The notes beneath the pieces were generated by a model, which made no database searches, was not told the origin of the DNA, and saw only the letters and a list, made by a program, of their open reading frames with translations. Position numbers and translations under genes: made by a program. Shown in pieces: positions 26,193 to 35,452 of a stretch of 64,000 bases of DNA. This DNA comes from an uncultured cyanobacterium (GTDB lineage: Bacteria; Cyanobacteriota; Cyanobacteriia; Cyanobacteriales; CAWUOF01). The stretch spans positions 4,246,459-4,310,458 of the forward strand of contig CAVUSO010000001.1 in NCBI GenBank assembly GCA_963744145.1, read 5' to 3'. How positions within the stretch are numbered: the stretch's first letter is position 1; the number at the start of each line of letters is the position of its first letter.

Positions 26193-29100
26193 TCATTTCC
26201 ATTGATTACAAACTTCTTTTATAGAATCAACTACACCTCGCATAGCTGTTTCTTCACCTAATGAAATAATAGCAGGATAAAGAGTTACTAAGTTTTTTAT
26301 AAAGTCTTGTCTATTAGTAGATGCTAGGATGTGAAGATATAACTTCCAATCAGAGAATGATAAATTAGATAAATCAAGACTATGGAGAAAACCATTGATT
26401 GCTTTTGCTTGATTTGGTTTAGAATTTATCTTAAAAATCTCATTTTTCACTTGAGATAATAATTGTTCAGGTACGAATTTACTTAGACCATTCAATACCT
26501 CTGCCCGACTGGATTCATCCTGAATAGTGCGTGCCGCATCCAAGGCTTCGGCAAAATAGGCCCTATCAATCTGAGCAAGGGAACTCAATACCTCTGCCCG
26601 ACTGGATTCATCCTGAATAGTGCGTGCTGCATCCAAGGCTTCGGCAAAATAGGCCCTATCAATCTGAGCAAGGGAACTCAATACCTCTGCCCGACTGTAT
26701 TTATCCTGAATAGTACGTGCCGCATCCAATAAAACTGAGAAATCTGCACCATCAATCTGAGCAAGAGATCTCAATACCAATGCCCGAAGGGATTCAGACT
26801 GAATAGCGCGTGCCGTATCCAATAAAACTGAGAAATCTGCACTATCAATCTGAGCAAGAGATCTCAATACTAATGCTCGAAGGGGTTCAGACTGAATAGT
26901 GCGTGCTGCATCTAATGCTTCTCCAAAATAAGCACTATCAATTTGAGCAAGGAATCTCAATACCTCTGCCCGACTGTATTTATCCTGAATAGCGCGTGCC
27001 GCATTCAATAAAACTGAGAAATCCGCACTATCAATCTGAGCAAGGGATCTTAATACCCATGCCCGCAAGAATTTATCCTGAATAGTGTGTGCCGCATCCA
27101 ATAAAACTGAGAAATCCGCACTATCAATCTGAGCAAGGGAACTCAATACCTCCGCCCGAATAGATTCAGACTGAATAGCGCGTACTGCATCCAATGCTTC
27201 GGCAAAATAGGCCCTATCAATCTGAGCAAGGGAACTTAATACCTTTGCCCGAATAGATTCATCCTGAATAGCGCGTGCCGCATCCAATGCTTCTGTAAAA
27301 CAGGCACTATCAATCTGAGCAAGGGAACTCAATACCTTTGCCCGAAGTGCCCGACGGGATTCATCCTGAATAGCGCGTGCCGCATCCAATGCTTCTGTAA
27401 AACAGGCACTATCAATCTGAGCAAGAGAACTCAATACCCATGCCCGAAAGGATTCATCCTGAAGAGCGCGTGTCGCATCCAATGCTTCGGCAAAATAGGC
27501 CCTATCAATCTGAGCAAGAGAACTCAATACTAATGCCCAAATGAATTGATCCTGACTAGCTTGTGCTGCATCCAATGCTTCTGTAAAATAGGCATTATCA
27601 ATCTGAGCAAGAGAACTCAATACTAATGCCCGATTTTTTTCATCCTGAATAGCGCGTGCTGCATCTAATGCTTCGGTAAAATAGGCCCTATCAATCTGAG
27701 CCAGGGCACTCAATGCCTCTGCCCGATTTTTTTTATCCTGAATAGCGCGTGCTGCATCCAATGCTTCGGTAAAATAGGCCCTATCAATCTGAGCCAGGGC
27801 ACTCAATACTTCTGCCCGATTGGATTCATTCTGAATAGCGCGTGTCGCATCCAATGCTTCGGCAAAATAGGCCCTATCAATCTGAGCCAGGGCACTCAAT
27901 GCCTCTGCCCGATGGTATTCATCCTGAATAGCGCTTATTTTTGTTAAAGCCTTCTTAAATAATGGTTTGGAAAAATAACAACATAATCCCTTAATCCATT
28001 CGGCTATTTTATGTTCATCTTGCATTTGCTCTACATAAGCCCAAGCTTGCTCTATTGTCCAAAATTTACCTTTGACAAATTCTTTGATCATGTCAATCGG
28101 TAGGTTTTCCAATAAACTGTTTAATGTTGCTGTAATTAAGGCATACCGATATTGCAGAACAATAGAGCGGGTTTTGTCTTGCTCATATTGTTGTTCGGCG
28201 ATCGCCCAAGCTCTAGCCACATCTTCCACAAAAATTGCTGGTTGACCAAGGCGATCGCAAGTTTCAAACCAAGCATTATGTCCTAAGCGATCGCTACTAC
28301 CTAGAAGAGTATGAATTTCATCAATCCAACCAGCTTGCTCTAAGTGCCAAGTCAACTGACGATGAATATATCCATCATTCGGTAAATTATACCAAGATTT
28401 TTCCTCAGTTTTTTCTCGGTAACGTTCTAGAAATTGTTGATGAGCCAAAGATAAGCAAGAACAATTTTTATCCCTAGAGCCTAGAGAATTAAGCTTACCT
28501 TCTTCAATCAGACTCCGAGCCATATCGTGCATAAGGTCGTGGATACGATAGGTTGGCTCATCCTCTAATGTAGTAACACCATCAGTCAGAAAAGAACGGT
28601 GTCGCAATAATGACAATCTTTGTTTAACTTGCACATTAGACGACAAATTCCACAGAACCGAAGCAACCTCTAGGGTAAGATTAACATCTTCTGGCAAAAT
28701 ACCTAACCAGGCAAACTGTTCTAACTGTTCCTGATTCAGCCGCTTTAAACTTAAGTTGAAACAAACTTCCAAACTATGTTTACGCTGTTCTTGCTCATCT
28801 AAATCTTCCCATCTTTCCGATGACTGTAAAAGTTTAAATACTCTAGAAAACTCAGCCTTAAATTCAGCTCGTAATTCCGCCCAAGTTGAACCATCTTTGA
28901 TTAAGTTAATCGCTAAATCCAGAGCTAATGGCAAATATCCCAATACCTGAGCAAAGGCTTTTGCTTCTATTTGATCAGCATCTTTCCAATCTTTGCCTAA
29001 CTTTCCTTTAATCAGTTCTAACGCTTCATCTTCGCTCATCAAATCTAAAGAATAGTAATCAGCCTGAGCAATTCTTGCTTCCCTAGTTGTCACCAATACC

Positions 29101-30296
29101 CGACAACCTTCACCACCCACCTGAAACCATTTAGCATGATCTGCATTCCACACATCATCTACTACCAGCAACATTTGTTTTTCTGCTAACAAAGTTTGTA
29201 AATACTGAGTAGCTGATTCCTTAGTATTTGCACTAAATGCTTCCCGCGATCGATCAAGCTCTCGAATCCAATCCCCTAATAACTTCTGTAAATCCGGTTT
29301 TTGTCCTAAAGTTACCCAGAGAATTCCATCTTCAAACCGAGCATTTACTTCTGGATCTCGCACTAGAGCCGCAGCTAAAACTGACTTTCCTAAACCTCCT
29401 AATCCAGCGATCGCGGTTACTACCAGAGTTTGTCCATTTCTGCCCAGAAGTTTTTCTTTTACTGCTTTGAGAGCATCTAACCGTTCCACGTAATTTTCTG
29501 GTAAGGGAATATGGGGAAACGACTTAGATTTCTGAGGTTTTCTTTGAGTAGAATAATTGAGAATGGGAATAGGTCGTCCACTGAGCAGGTGAACGGGTTC
29601 TTGACCACTTCCCTTTAATTGAATACAAATAAAAACGGTTAGTATACCAGCATAAATATTGCCATCATCAGCAGCTTGTTCCGGTTGGAGTCCTTGCAGC
29701 AACGCTTTAGTAAAAAGACCATGCTCTTGATCTTCATAAGCCTTTTCTTCGGCTCTACAAGCTGTAATTAAACAATAGTCAGGCTGACGATTAAAGCTTT
29801 TTAAAGTTGACTGTACTAAATCTTTGCTGAAGGTCTCAAGTAAAGCTCCTGCATGACAGCAATCTAAGAGAATTACTAAACTGCTGAGATCAGAATCGCT
29901 CACCAACTTATTCAAATCTTCTAATCGAATCAGCGTTTCCATATCTTTTTTAGCAGAATTGGAAGCAGCGAGAAAACCTTGTTTTTCTCCAGAAAGAGTA
30001 GTTATTTGAAAACCATGTCCTGCATAATAAACTAGAGCATCTTTCCGAGCAGCTTTTTCGAGCAGAAAAGTTTTTAGAGTTTGATAGAGATCGGCAGCTA
30101 GAACTTTTTGTGAGATAATCTCATAACGACTTTTCTCATTAACCCATTTACAAGGAAACCGGACAACCTCTTGAAAAGCTCCAGACCGTTCTAGCAATTG
30201 AGCCATTTCCTCCGCATCAGTAACCGCTTTCTTTAAGGAAGGGAAACTAGGAGAGTCATATTGAGAAATACCGATTACCAGTGCATATCGCGTCAT
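26193..30296 (-). CDS. STAND NTPase: caspase-like (C14) protease + NB-ARC ATPase + helical linker + fifteen 31-aa HEAT-like repeats
   Basis: Caspase dyad YYAGHGF / LLDCCHAGA. NB-ARC motifs GLGGLGKSVLAAA (Walker A), LLVVDDVW (Walker B) and VLVTTR. C-terminal repeats of consensus AEVLSSLAQIDRAYFAEALDAARAIQDESSR. Confidence 0.85.
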   Translation of the reverse strand: MTRYALVIGISQYDSPSFPSLKKAVTDAEEMAQLLERSGAFQEVVRFPCKWVNEKSRYEIISQKVLAADLYQTLKTFLLEKAARKDALVYYAGHGFQITTLSGEKQGFLAASNSAKKDMETLIRLEDLNKLVSDSDLSSLVILLDCCHAGALLETFSKDLVQSTLKSFNRQPDYCLITACRAEEKAYEDQEHGLFTKALLQGLQPEQAADDGNIYAGILTVFICIQLKGSGQEPVHLLSGRPIPILNYSTQRKPQKSKSFPHIPLPENYVERLDALKAVKEKLLGRNGQTLVVTAIAGLGGLGKSVLAAALVRDPEVNARFEDGILWVTLGQKPDLQKLLGDWIRELDRSREAFSANTKESATQYLQTLLAEKQMLLVVDDVWNADHAKWFQVGGEGCRVLVTTREARIAQADYYSLDLMSEDEALELIKGKLGKDWKDADQIEAKAFAQVLGYLPLALDLAINLIKDGSTWAELRAEFKAEFSRVFKLLQSSERWEDLDEQEQRKHSLEVCFNLSLKRLNQEQLEQFAWLGILPEDVNLTLEVASVLWNLSSNVQVKQRLSLLRHRSFLTDGVTTLEDEPTYRIHDLMHDMARSLIEEGKLNSLGSRDKNCSCLSLAHQQFLERYREKTEEKSWYNLPNDGYIHRQLTWHLEQAGWIDEIHTLLGSSDRLGHNAWFETCDRLGQPAIFVEDVARAWAIAEQQYEQDKTRSIVLQYRYALITATLNSLLENLPIDMIKEFVKGKFWTIEQAWAYVEQMQDEHKIAEWIKGLCCYFSKPLFKKALTKISAIQDEYHRAEALSALAQIDRAYFAEALDATRAIQNESNRAEVLSALAQIDRAYFTEALDAARAIQDKKNRAEALSALAQIDRAYFTEALDAARAIQDEKNRALVLSSLAQIDNAYFTEALDAAQASQDQFIWALVLSSLAQIDRAYFAEALDATRALQDESFRAWVLSSLAQIDSACFTEALDAARAIQDESRRALRAKVLSSLAQIDSACFTEALDAARAIQDESIRAKVLSSLAQIDRAYFAEALDAVRAIQSESIRAEVLSSLAQIDSADFSVLLDAAHTIQDKFLRAWVLRSLAQIDSADFSVLLNAARAIQDKYSRAEVLRFLAQIDSAYFGEALDAARTIQSEPLRALVLRSLAQIDSADFSVLLDTARAIQSESLRALVLRSLAQIDGADFSVLLDAARTIQDKYSRAEVLSSLAQIDRAYFAEALDAARTIQDESSRAEVLSSLAQIDRAYFAEALDAARTIQDESSRAEVLNGLSKFVPEQLLSQVKNEIFKINSKPNQAKAINGFLHSLDLSNLSFSDWKLYLHILASTNRQDFIKNLVTLYPAIISLGEETAMRGVVDSIKEVCNQWK
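26490..27930. repeat. 93-bp tandem repeats, about 15 copies, inside the STAND gene
   Basis: The period is read directly: tcctgaatagtgcgtgc recurs at 26518 and 26611. The last two units are identical at the protein level. Confidence 0.85.
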
Positions 30297-30333
30297 TCTG
30301 ATAATTGACCTAAAATCATTTTGCTGTTAACCT

Positions 30334-30717
30334 ATGATAAACCATTCTCTTGAGGGTACTATGTCCGAGATTCAAAAAATGCTATATACCGATGAAGATG
30401 GTAAAGAGTACGAAATCCTGATAGAAAATAAATCAGCAGTCAATCTTCCTGATGCTGATGTTGATGAAGGACGTGGTTCGCGAGGCGATCGCAGTGAAAC
30501 AATAATAAAGATGCAGCAAGCTCGTGAAATGATTCGCGGTTATGCAGCTTATGCTCTGAGTGCCTTTAAGGATTTTGGGGTAGCAGAAATAGAAGAAATT
30601 ACCCTGAAATTTGGGTTAAAGATTGGTGGTAAAGCCGGAATTCCTTTTATCACAGAAGGAACTGCTGAAAGCAACTTGGAAATCGAAGTTAAATGTAAAT
30701 TTCCTAAGGGGACTTAA
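30334..30717 (+). CDS. Trypco2-like (trypsin-co-occurring domain 2 / CU044_2847-like) small protein
   Basis: The C-terminal IRGYAAYALSAFKDFGVAEIEEITLKFGLKIGGKAGIPFITEGTAESNLEIEVKCKF is the pattern I recall for this effector-associated family. It is divergent from the caspase-NB-ARC gene, 38 nt away. The true start may be the ATG at 30361. Confidence 0.55.
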   Translation: MINHSLEGTMSEIQKMLYTDEDGKEYEILIENKSAVNLPDADVDEGRGSRGDRSETIIKMQQAREMIRGYAAYALSAFKDFGVAEIEEITLKFGLKIGGKAGIPFITEGTAESNLEIEVKCKFPKGT

Positions 30718-30882
30718 ACAAAATTAAATAAAAAACGATTAACTGTTAACTGTAATTACAAGCTAAAATAATTAAACCCTTTGGAAGAAGTGGTTTTAAA
30801 GCAATTAAGCTTCGCGGTCAATAATGTGACACTTGATGGTATGGGTTCGATCCAACTAGGATTTTAGTGGAAAGTTGTTAAG

Positions 30883-31461
30883 ATGAACAGTTTAACTCTC
30901 AACCTACCGCCTGTTCTCAAATTAACAGATGAGCAGTTTGAACAATTGGCGGCTGTTAATGGCGATTTAGGTTTAGAATTGACACCGAAGGGAGAACTAA
31001 TTGTTATGCCACCGACGGGAGGAGAAACCGGAAACCGAAATTTTGAGGCTTACATTGACTTGGGAATTTGGAACCGTCAAACTCTTTTGGGAAAAGCTTT
31101 TGATTCTTCTACAGGATTTCGATTACCTCAAGGTGGTACTCGTTCCCCTGATATTTCTTGGGTGACGATAGGACGTTGGAATAATCTTACTGAAGAGCAA
31201 CGCAAGAAATTTTTGCCTTTATGTCCTGATTTTGCGATCGAACTAGTTTCAGAAACAGATGATGTGGAAGAAACACGGGCAAAAATGCAGGAATATTTAC
31301 AAAATGGGTTACGTTTGGGATGGTTGATTAATCCTAAACTCAGACAAGTGGAAATTTATCGCCCGAATCAAGAGGTAGAGGTTTTGGCATCTCCTACGAC
31401 TTTATCGGGTGAGGATGTTTTACCAGGGTTTGTTTTAGATTTAGAGTTCATTTTTTCCTAA
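30883..31461 (+). CDS. Uma2 family putative endonuclease (second subfamily), copy L
   Basis: LTDEQFEQLA...GELIVMPPTGGETGNRNFE...SPDISWV...PDFAIELVSETD...GLRLGWLINP is the Uma2 pattern. Confidence 0.8.
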   Translation: MNSLTLNLPPVLKLTDEQFEQLAAVNGDLGLELTPKGELIVMPPTGGETGNRNFEAYIDLGIWNRQTLLGKAFDSSTGFRLPQGGTRSPDISWVTIGRWNNLTEEQRKKFLPLCPDFAIELVSETDDVEETRAKMQEYLQNGLRLGWLINPKLRQVEIYRPNQEVEVLASPTTLSGEDVLPGFVLDLEFIFS

Positions 31462-31586
31462 TGGACTCCGATGACTTAATGACACAACTGCAACAACTGG
31501 CGAGCCAAAATAATCAAACCATCAACGAACTCAGATTCCTGATCTGCGAAAGCACAACAACTATTCGCCCATCTTGCTAATTCAGG

Positions 31587-31874
31587 TCATCGTCAGTTGG
31601 GTAGTACATCTAGCTGCTTTTCGTTATGCTGGATTACAACCTCGCAGGTTTAGCAATTGGATTAGTTGCAGTATTAAGTGAAGCAGTGAGTGTATTTTGG
31701 GCAGCTTCTGGGTTACCAGTTCATGCGTTACCCTATAATTTAGTCACCTTATTATTGTTGTATGTATTAGAATTAGTAGGATATCGTTGGTTAACTAGAT
31801 ATCCTCAACCAACTCCAGTGTCGGTCAGCGATCGCTAGTACGTCAAGATTTACAGTTTGTCACCCAGAAATCCC
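31587..31874 (+). pseudogene. three-segment mosaic copy of the membrane-M23 gene
   Basis: 31587..31641 matches 20619..20673. 31642..31818 matches 20985..21160. 31819..31874 matches 22266..22322. All are in the same orientation, and segments 1 and 2 are out of frame with each other. Confidence 0.85.
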
Positions 31875-31912
31875 GAGTTGGGTTATCTTTAGTTTAATTA
31901 GGATAAATATTG

Positions 31913-32197
31913 ATGTCTAATCCGACAATTGAAGCAAAAATTAGTCTTCCGGTAAGTTTATTAGAAGCGACTAATAAAGCAGTGCAACAAGGAAAAGCAA
32001 ATAGCCGCGATGAATTTATTATGCGGGCAATTCGCAAGGAATTAGCGGCGCTGAAGCGAGCAGAAATTGATGCTTCATTTGCTAAAATGGCGAATGATGC
32101 AGAGTATCAAGCCGAAGCATTGCAAATTGCCGAGGAATTTGCTATTTCGGACTGGGAAGCTTGGCAAATGGGAGAATCTGAATATGAACAGGGGTGA
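31913..32197 (+). CDS. ribbon-helix-helix (CopG-type) antitoxin
   Basis: KISLPVSLLEATNKAVQQGKANSRDEFIMRAIRKEL is a typical RHH N-terminus. It overlaps the start of the mazF-like ORF. Confidence 0.7.
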   Translation: MSNPTIEAKISLPVSLLEATNKAVQQGKANSRDEFIMRAIRKELAALKRAEIDASFAKMANDAEYQAEALQIAEEFAISDWEAWQMGESEYEQG

Positions 32198-32369
32198 TGT
32201 TTACAATGCTCGTCTCGATCCAATTGAGGGATCTGAACAAGGGGGAAATCGTCCAGTGATTATTGTCAGTCGTAATGCTATTAATGTGAGTAGTTCTTTC
32301 GTGATAGCAGTTCCTTGGTCATTGTATAAACCTTCGTATAAAGTTGCGGGGTTTTATACGCTCATTTGA
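32184..32369 (+). pseudogene. mazF: MazF/PemK-family toxin, 3'-truncated
   Basis: MNRGDVYNARLDPIEGSEQGGNRPVIIVSRNAINVSSSFVIAVP is a normal MazF N-half. From about 32325 the sequence turns into unrelated AT-rich DNA, leaving 61 aa where roughly 110 are expected. Confidence 0.7.
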
Positions 32370-32462
32370 TGCTTGTCAATAGGTTTTGTAAAAATATTTT
32401 ATAAAGCATCTAAACGCTATAACAACGTAATACCAATGTTTTCACGCCACACCGTGTAATGT

Positions 32463-32572
32463 TTCTACGCTCACCTGTAGAAATTTCTATGCTCACCTAT
32501 AAAATTTTCTACGCTCACAAGATATAATTTCTACGCGGGACTATATAATTTTCTATATTATTTTTACTGGTA
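32463..32572. repeat. 22-bp tandem repeat, about 5 units, inverse orientation relative to the array at 46653
   Basis: ttctacgctcacctgtagaaat / ttctatgctcacctataaaatt / ttctacgctcacaagatataat / ttctacgcgggactatataatt / degenerate unit. Confidence 0.8.
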
Positions 32573-32889
32573 GTATAGAAATTATATGAGGCTTAAAGCA
32601 TTTTATATGTTTTCTTTAGAGAAGAAAAAATCAGGGTCATGGTTCTCTGGGACTGATTTTGGTGATTAGTCCTGGTTGTGATCGCTAATAAATTAAATAT
32701 AAAAAAAGCCACAATGGTGCATTACATTGTAGCTAATAATATTTTTCATTCTAGGGAAAATTTGGTGCGAGATTTCGGTGATCGTCTAGTATAGACAAGG
32801 ACTCTTCTCGGCGATCGCCTGTCCGAACTGAACAATGAAGGCGCGATCGCATCGCCAACTCCCCTACACCCTAAAAAGCGATTAATATA

Positions 32890-33480
32890 TTACCAAGGTA
32901 AATCTTGAGGTATTCCATAAGCTTGTTCTAATTGTTTCATATATGTATTTAATTTTCTCAAAACATAATCAGCAAGATTTCCGGGTGTAGTATCAATTGT
33001 GTAACAAAATTCTAAACAAATAATTTTATTGCTTGTTTCAACTGTTATATCTGGTTTAATTCTTAAATGTGGATGATACTGTTCACATCTAAAGTGAAAG
33101 TTTAATCCAGATAATACTTCTTCAAGTGCTAAACAGATAGCTTTATTAAATGGTTGATCTCCTATTTTTCCTGGTTTAGATGCAGATGTAGCTTCATTAA
33201 TTTTTTTAAAGGCTTCTCTTGAACTATTTAATGCTTGTCCAACTGTGCCACTTTTACGTTTACCAGTAGGATTTTGACTACCAGATAATTGCAAATATAA
33301 AGGAGTTCTTTTCAATGTTTCATTTGCTAATTTTTTACCAAACCAATGCTTAGGTACATTATATTTTTTTGGATCTTTAAAATCTTCTCTTGAAATTTTA
33401 ATTTTTGCATCATCAGCGTAAGCAACAATACAACTGATTAATGCGTTTGTTGGTAAATACATAATTTTTGTGGTTAACAT
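32890..33480 (-). CDS. hypothetical protein, partner of the P-loop NTPase
   Basis: 196 aa, Lys-rich. The C-terminal RIKPDITVETSNKIICLEFCY weakly resembles a PD-(D/E)xK core but lacks the Lys. It lies 36 nt downstream of the NTPase gene. Confidence 0.4.
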   Translation of the reverse strand: MLTTKIMYLPTNALISCIVAYADDAKIKISREDFKDPKKYNVPKHWFGKKLANETLKRTPLYLQLSGSQNPTGKRKSGTVGQALNSSREAFKKINEATSASKPGKIGDQPFNKAICLALEEVLSGLNFHFRCEQYHPHLRIKPDITVETSNKIICLEFCYTIDTTPGNLADYVLRKLNTYMKQLEQAYGIPQDLPW

Positions 33481-33516
33481 ACGGCTATTTAGAGCTAATG
33501 TTAAACGGTGAGGAGG

Positions 33517-34710
33517 TCAATCAGCTTTTCTTTGTGTATGTTCAATATAAGGCTGTAAAGGGTTATATTCAGCATTCCACATTTCATTGATATTTTCAGG
33601 AATTTGTTTAGCAAAACGTGCTACAACTCCTTCCGCTTCTGGATAAGAAAATATAAACCAAACTTCTGTAGATTTTGGAATCGAGTTTTCAATTTGCTTA
33701 ATATAATTAGTTCTTTGTTCCCAAAGAGTTCTAACATTTTTTAAATAATCTCTAATCAAATGTTTTTCTTGAGGTTTTTGCTGATAGTCATCTTTCAATT
33801 GTTCAAAATCATTATCATTTAATTGAAACTCATGACAACTTTTTCCACTATTAAAAAATTCAATGGTTTTTCGGGCAATATTAGGATATTCTTCCAGAGG
33901 TGGACCCGTAAATTCTATATAAGGAAGTCTACTATGAAACATGGTACTAGAGTAATTTTTTGCAAAACTTTGCATTTTTTCTAAATCTTTACGAACTGTT
34001 ACAGGCCAAATAATCAAAATTGCATATTTACGAAGGAAACTATTTAAATCTCTAAAAAAACCTTTCACTTCCTCTTCTTGCTCATCTCCTAAGTTTTCTA
34101 AATACTCAATTACGATACATAATTTATTATGATTTTTTTTATTCTCTGAAAAAAATTTGATAGCCTCTTGTTTAATTGTTTTGATTAATTCTTTAAGTTT
34201 TAATCCAGAATTATCTTCTTTTATTAACTCACTAGCATCAATTGATACTATTTCTTGTATCATCATATATTGTTGAAATTTTAATGAACTAATGAATGTA
34301 GATTTTCCAACACCGGAAACACCATATAAAAACAATAGATAACCATTATTTCTCATGTCTTTTAAAACAGGTATAATTAGTTCTTCAAATTTAGTAACTC
34401 GAACAATTAAATCAGGAAGCCTAGATTTCTTTTCTCCAATTTCTTCTAAAATTTCTTCATAAGTTAATGGCAAGAATAAATCTAAGTTTTCTCTATTATT
34501 TGTTTTAGAGTTTGAAATTATTATTTGGGGGGAAACTAATTTTTCTTCAACAACAATTTGTTCGGCTGATAAATTACCATTTTCATTTACTGAATCTGAT
34601 TTGAAAATATCAATTTTTGACTGATCTTCTTGAGATTTAGAAGAACCGTCAAAGTCAGGAAATAATAAAGGTAATTGATCTGGATTGTCTGATCTTTTTC
34701 TTCTGGACAT
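33517..34710 (-). CDS. P-loop NTPase (AAA-like) with a charged, low-complexity N-terminus
   Basis: Walker A LFLYGVSGVGKSTF and Walker B-like KLCIVIEYLENL. The DNA is very AT-rich and HIP1-free. Confidence 0.6.
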   Translation of the reverse strand: MSRRKRSDNPDQLPLLFPDFDGSSKSQEDQSKIDIFKSDSVNENGNLSAEQIVVEEKLVSPQIIISNSKTNNRENLDLFLPLTYEEILEEIGEKKSRLPDLIVRVTKFEELIIPVLKDMRNNGYLLFLYGVSGVGKSTFISSLKFQQYMMIQEIVSIDASELIKEDNSGLKLKELIKTIKQEAIKFFSENKKNHNKLCIVIEYLENLGDEQEEEVKGFFRDLNSFLRKYAILIIWPVTVRKDLEKMQSFAKNYSSTMFHSRLPYIEFTGPPLEEYPNIARKTIEFFNSGKSCHEFQLNDNDFEQLKDDYQQKPQEKHLIRDYLKNVRTLWEQRTNYIKQIENSIPKSTEVWFIFSYPEAEGVVARFAKQIPENINEMWNAEYNPLQPYIEHTQRKAD

Positions 34711-34996
34711 ATTTAGATACTTAGATTAAAAATTAGGCGAAAACTAAAATTAAGGTGAGTCCGTTAAGACCCACACTAAAAATTATACTATACCAAAACC
34801 TCTACTGTGTCAAGCTTAGGCATCTTATCCACAGGAATCACCCGACCGAAATTCTCAAAACACTAAATCTCATGCTCTAATATTTTACTATAAACCTAAT
34901 TTTCTTTTCAAGATATCTAACTAACTTAATTATTAAGTTACCTTATTAGTCAAAGTCAATGCTATAATTCCTAGGCTTGTTTATTTCCCACTATCA

Positions 34997-35197
34997 ATGA
35001 GTATATTTGCAATTCAGTTTAAGAAAGAGGAACAAGTTAGATATGCGATCGCCACTCAAGGAGATCCAGAATATAACGGGATAGACTCAGGGAATTTAGA
35101 GGATGCAAAAACATGGAAAACATCAAAGGGTGCTAAGAAATATTTAGAAACTCATGTATTGGTGAACCGCCAAGGCGATAGAATTCGGACAAGATAG
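34997..35197 (+). CDS. small hypothetical protein
   Basis: 66-aa ORF only. Confidence 0.25.
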   Translation: MSIFAIQFKKEEQVRYAIATQGDPEYNGIDSGNLEDAKTWKTSKGAKKYLETHVLVNRQGDRIRTR

Positions 35198-35452
35198 GAT
35201 TCTATAGAAGTAGTAGAAATATCATTAGAGCTTAATAATGAACTGGCAAATAATACAGAACTTCAATCTAAGTCTAAGGAAGTTTCTATGATTAATTTTT
35301 ATCCAACTCCTGAAATTTTGGAATGGTTGGAGAATGAATGGGATAATGAGAATAGAGAAACTGATTCAGAATACTTAATCGGAAACTGGAGAAGTTGATT
35401 AGATTGGAACGTGAAGGTTTTTAGGTTGATTTTTTTGAAAGAGGTATTGATT

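Noticed and set aside
26490-27930. Diversity-generating retroelement acting on the repeat arm
   Set aside because: The window holds no reverse transcriptase and no template/variable repeat pair with adenine-specific differences. Variation is better explained by unit recombination.
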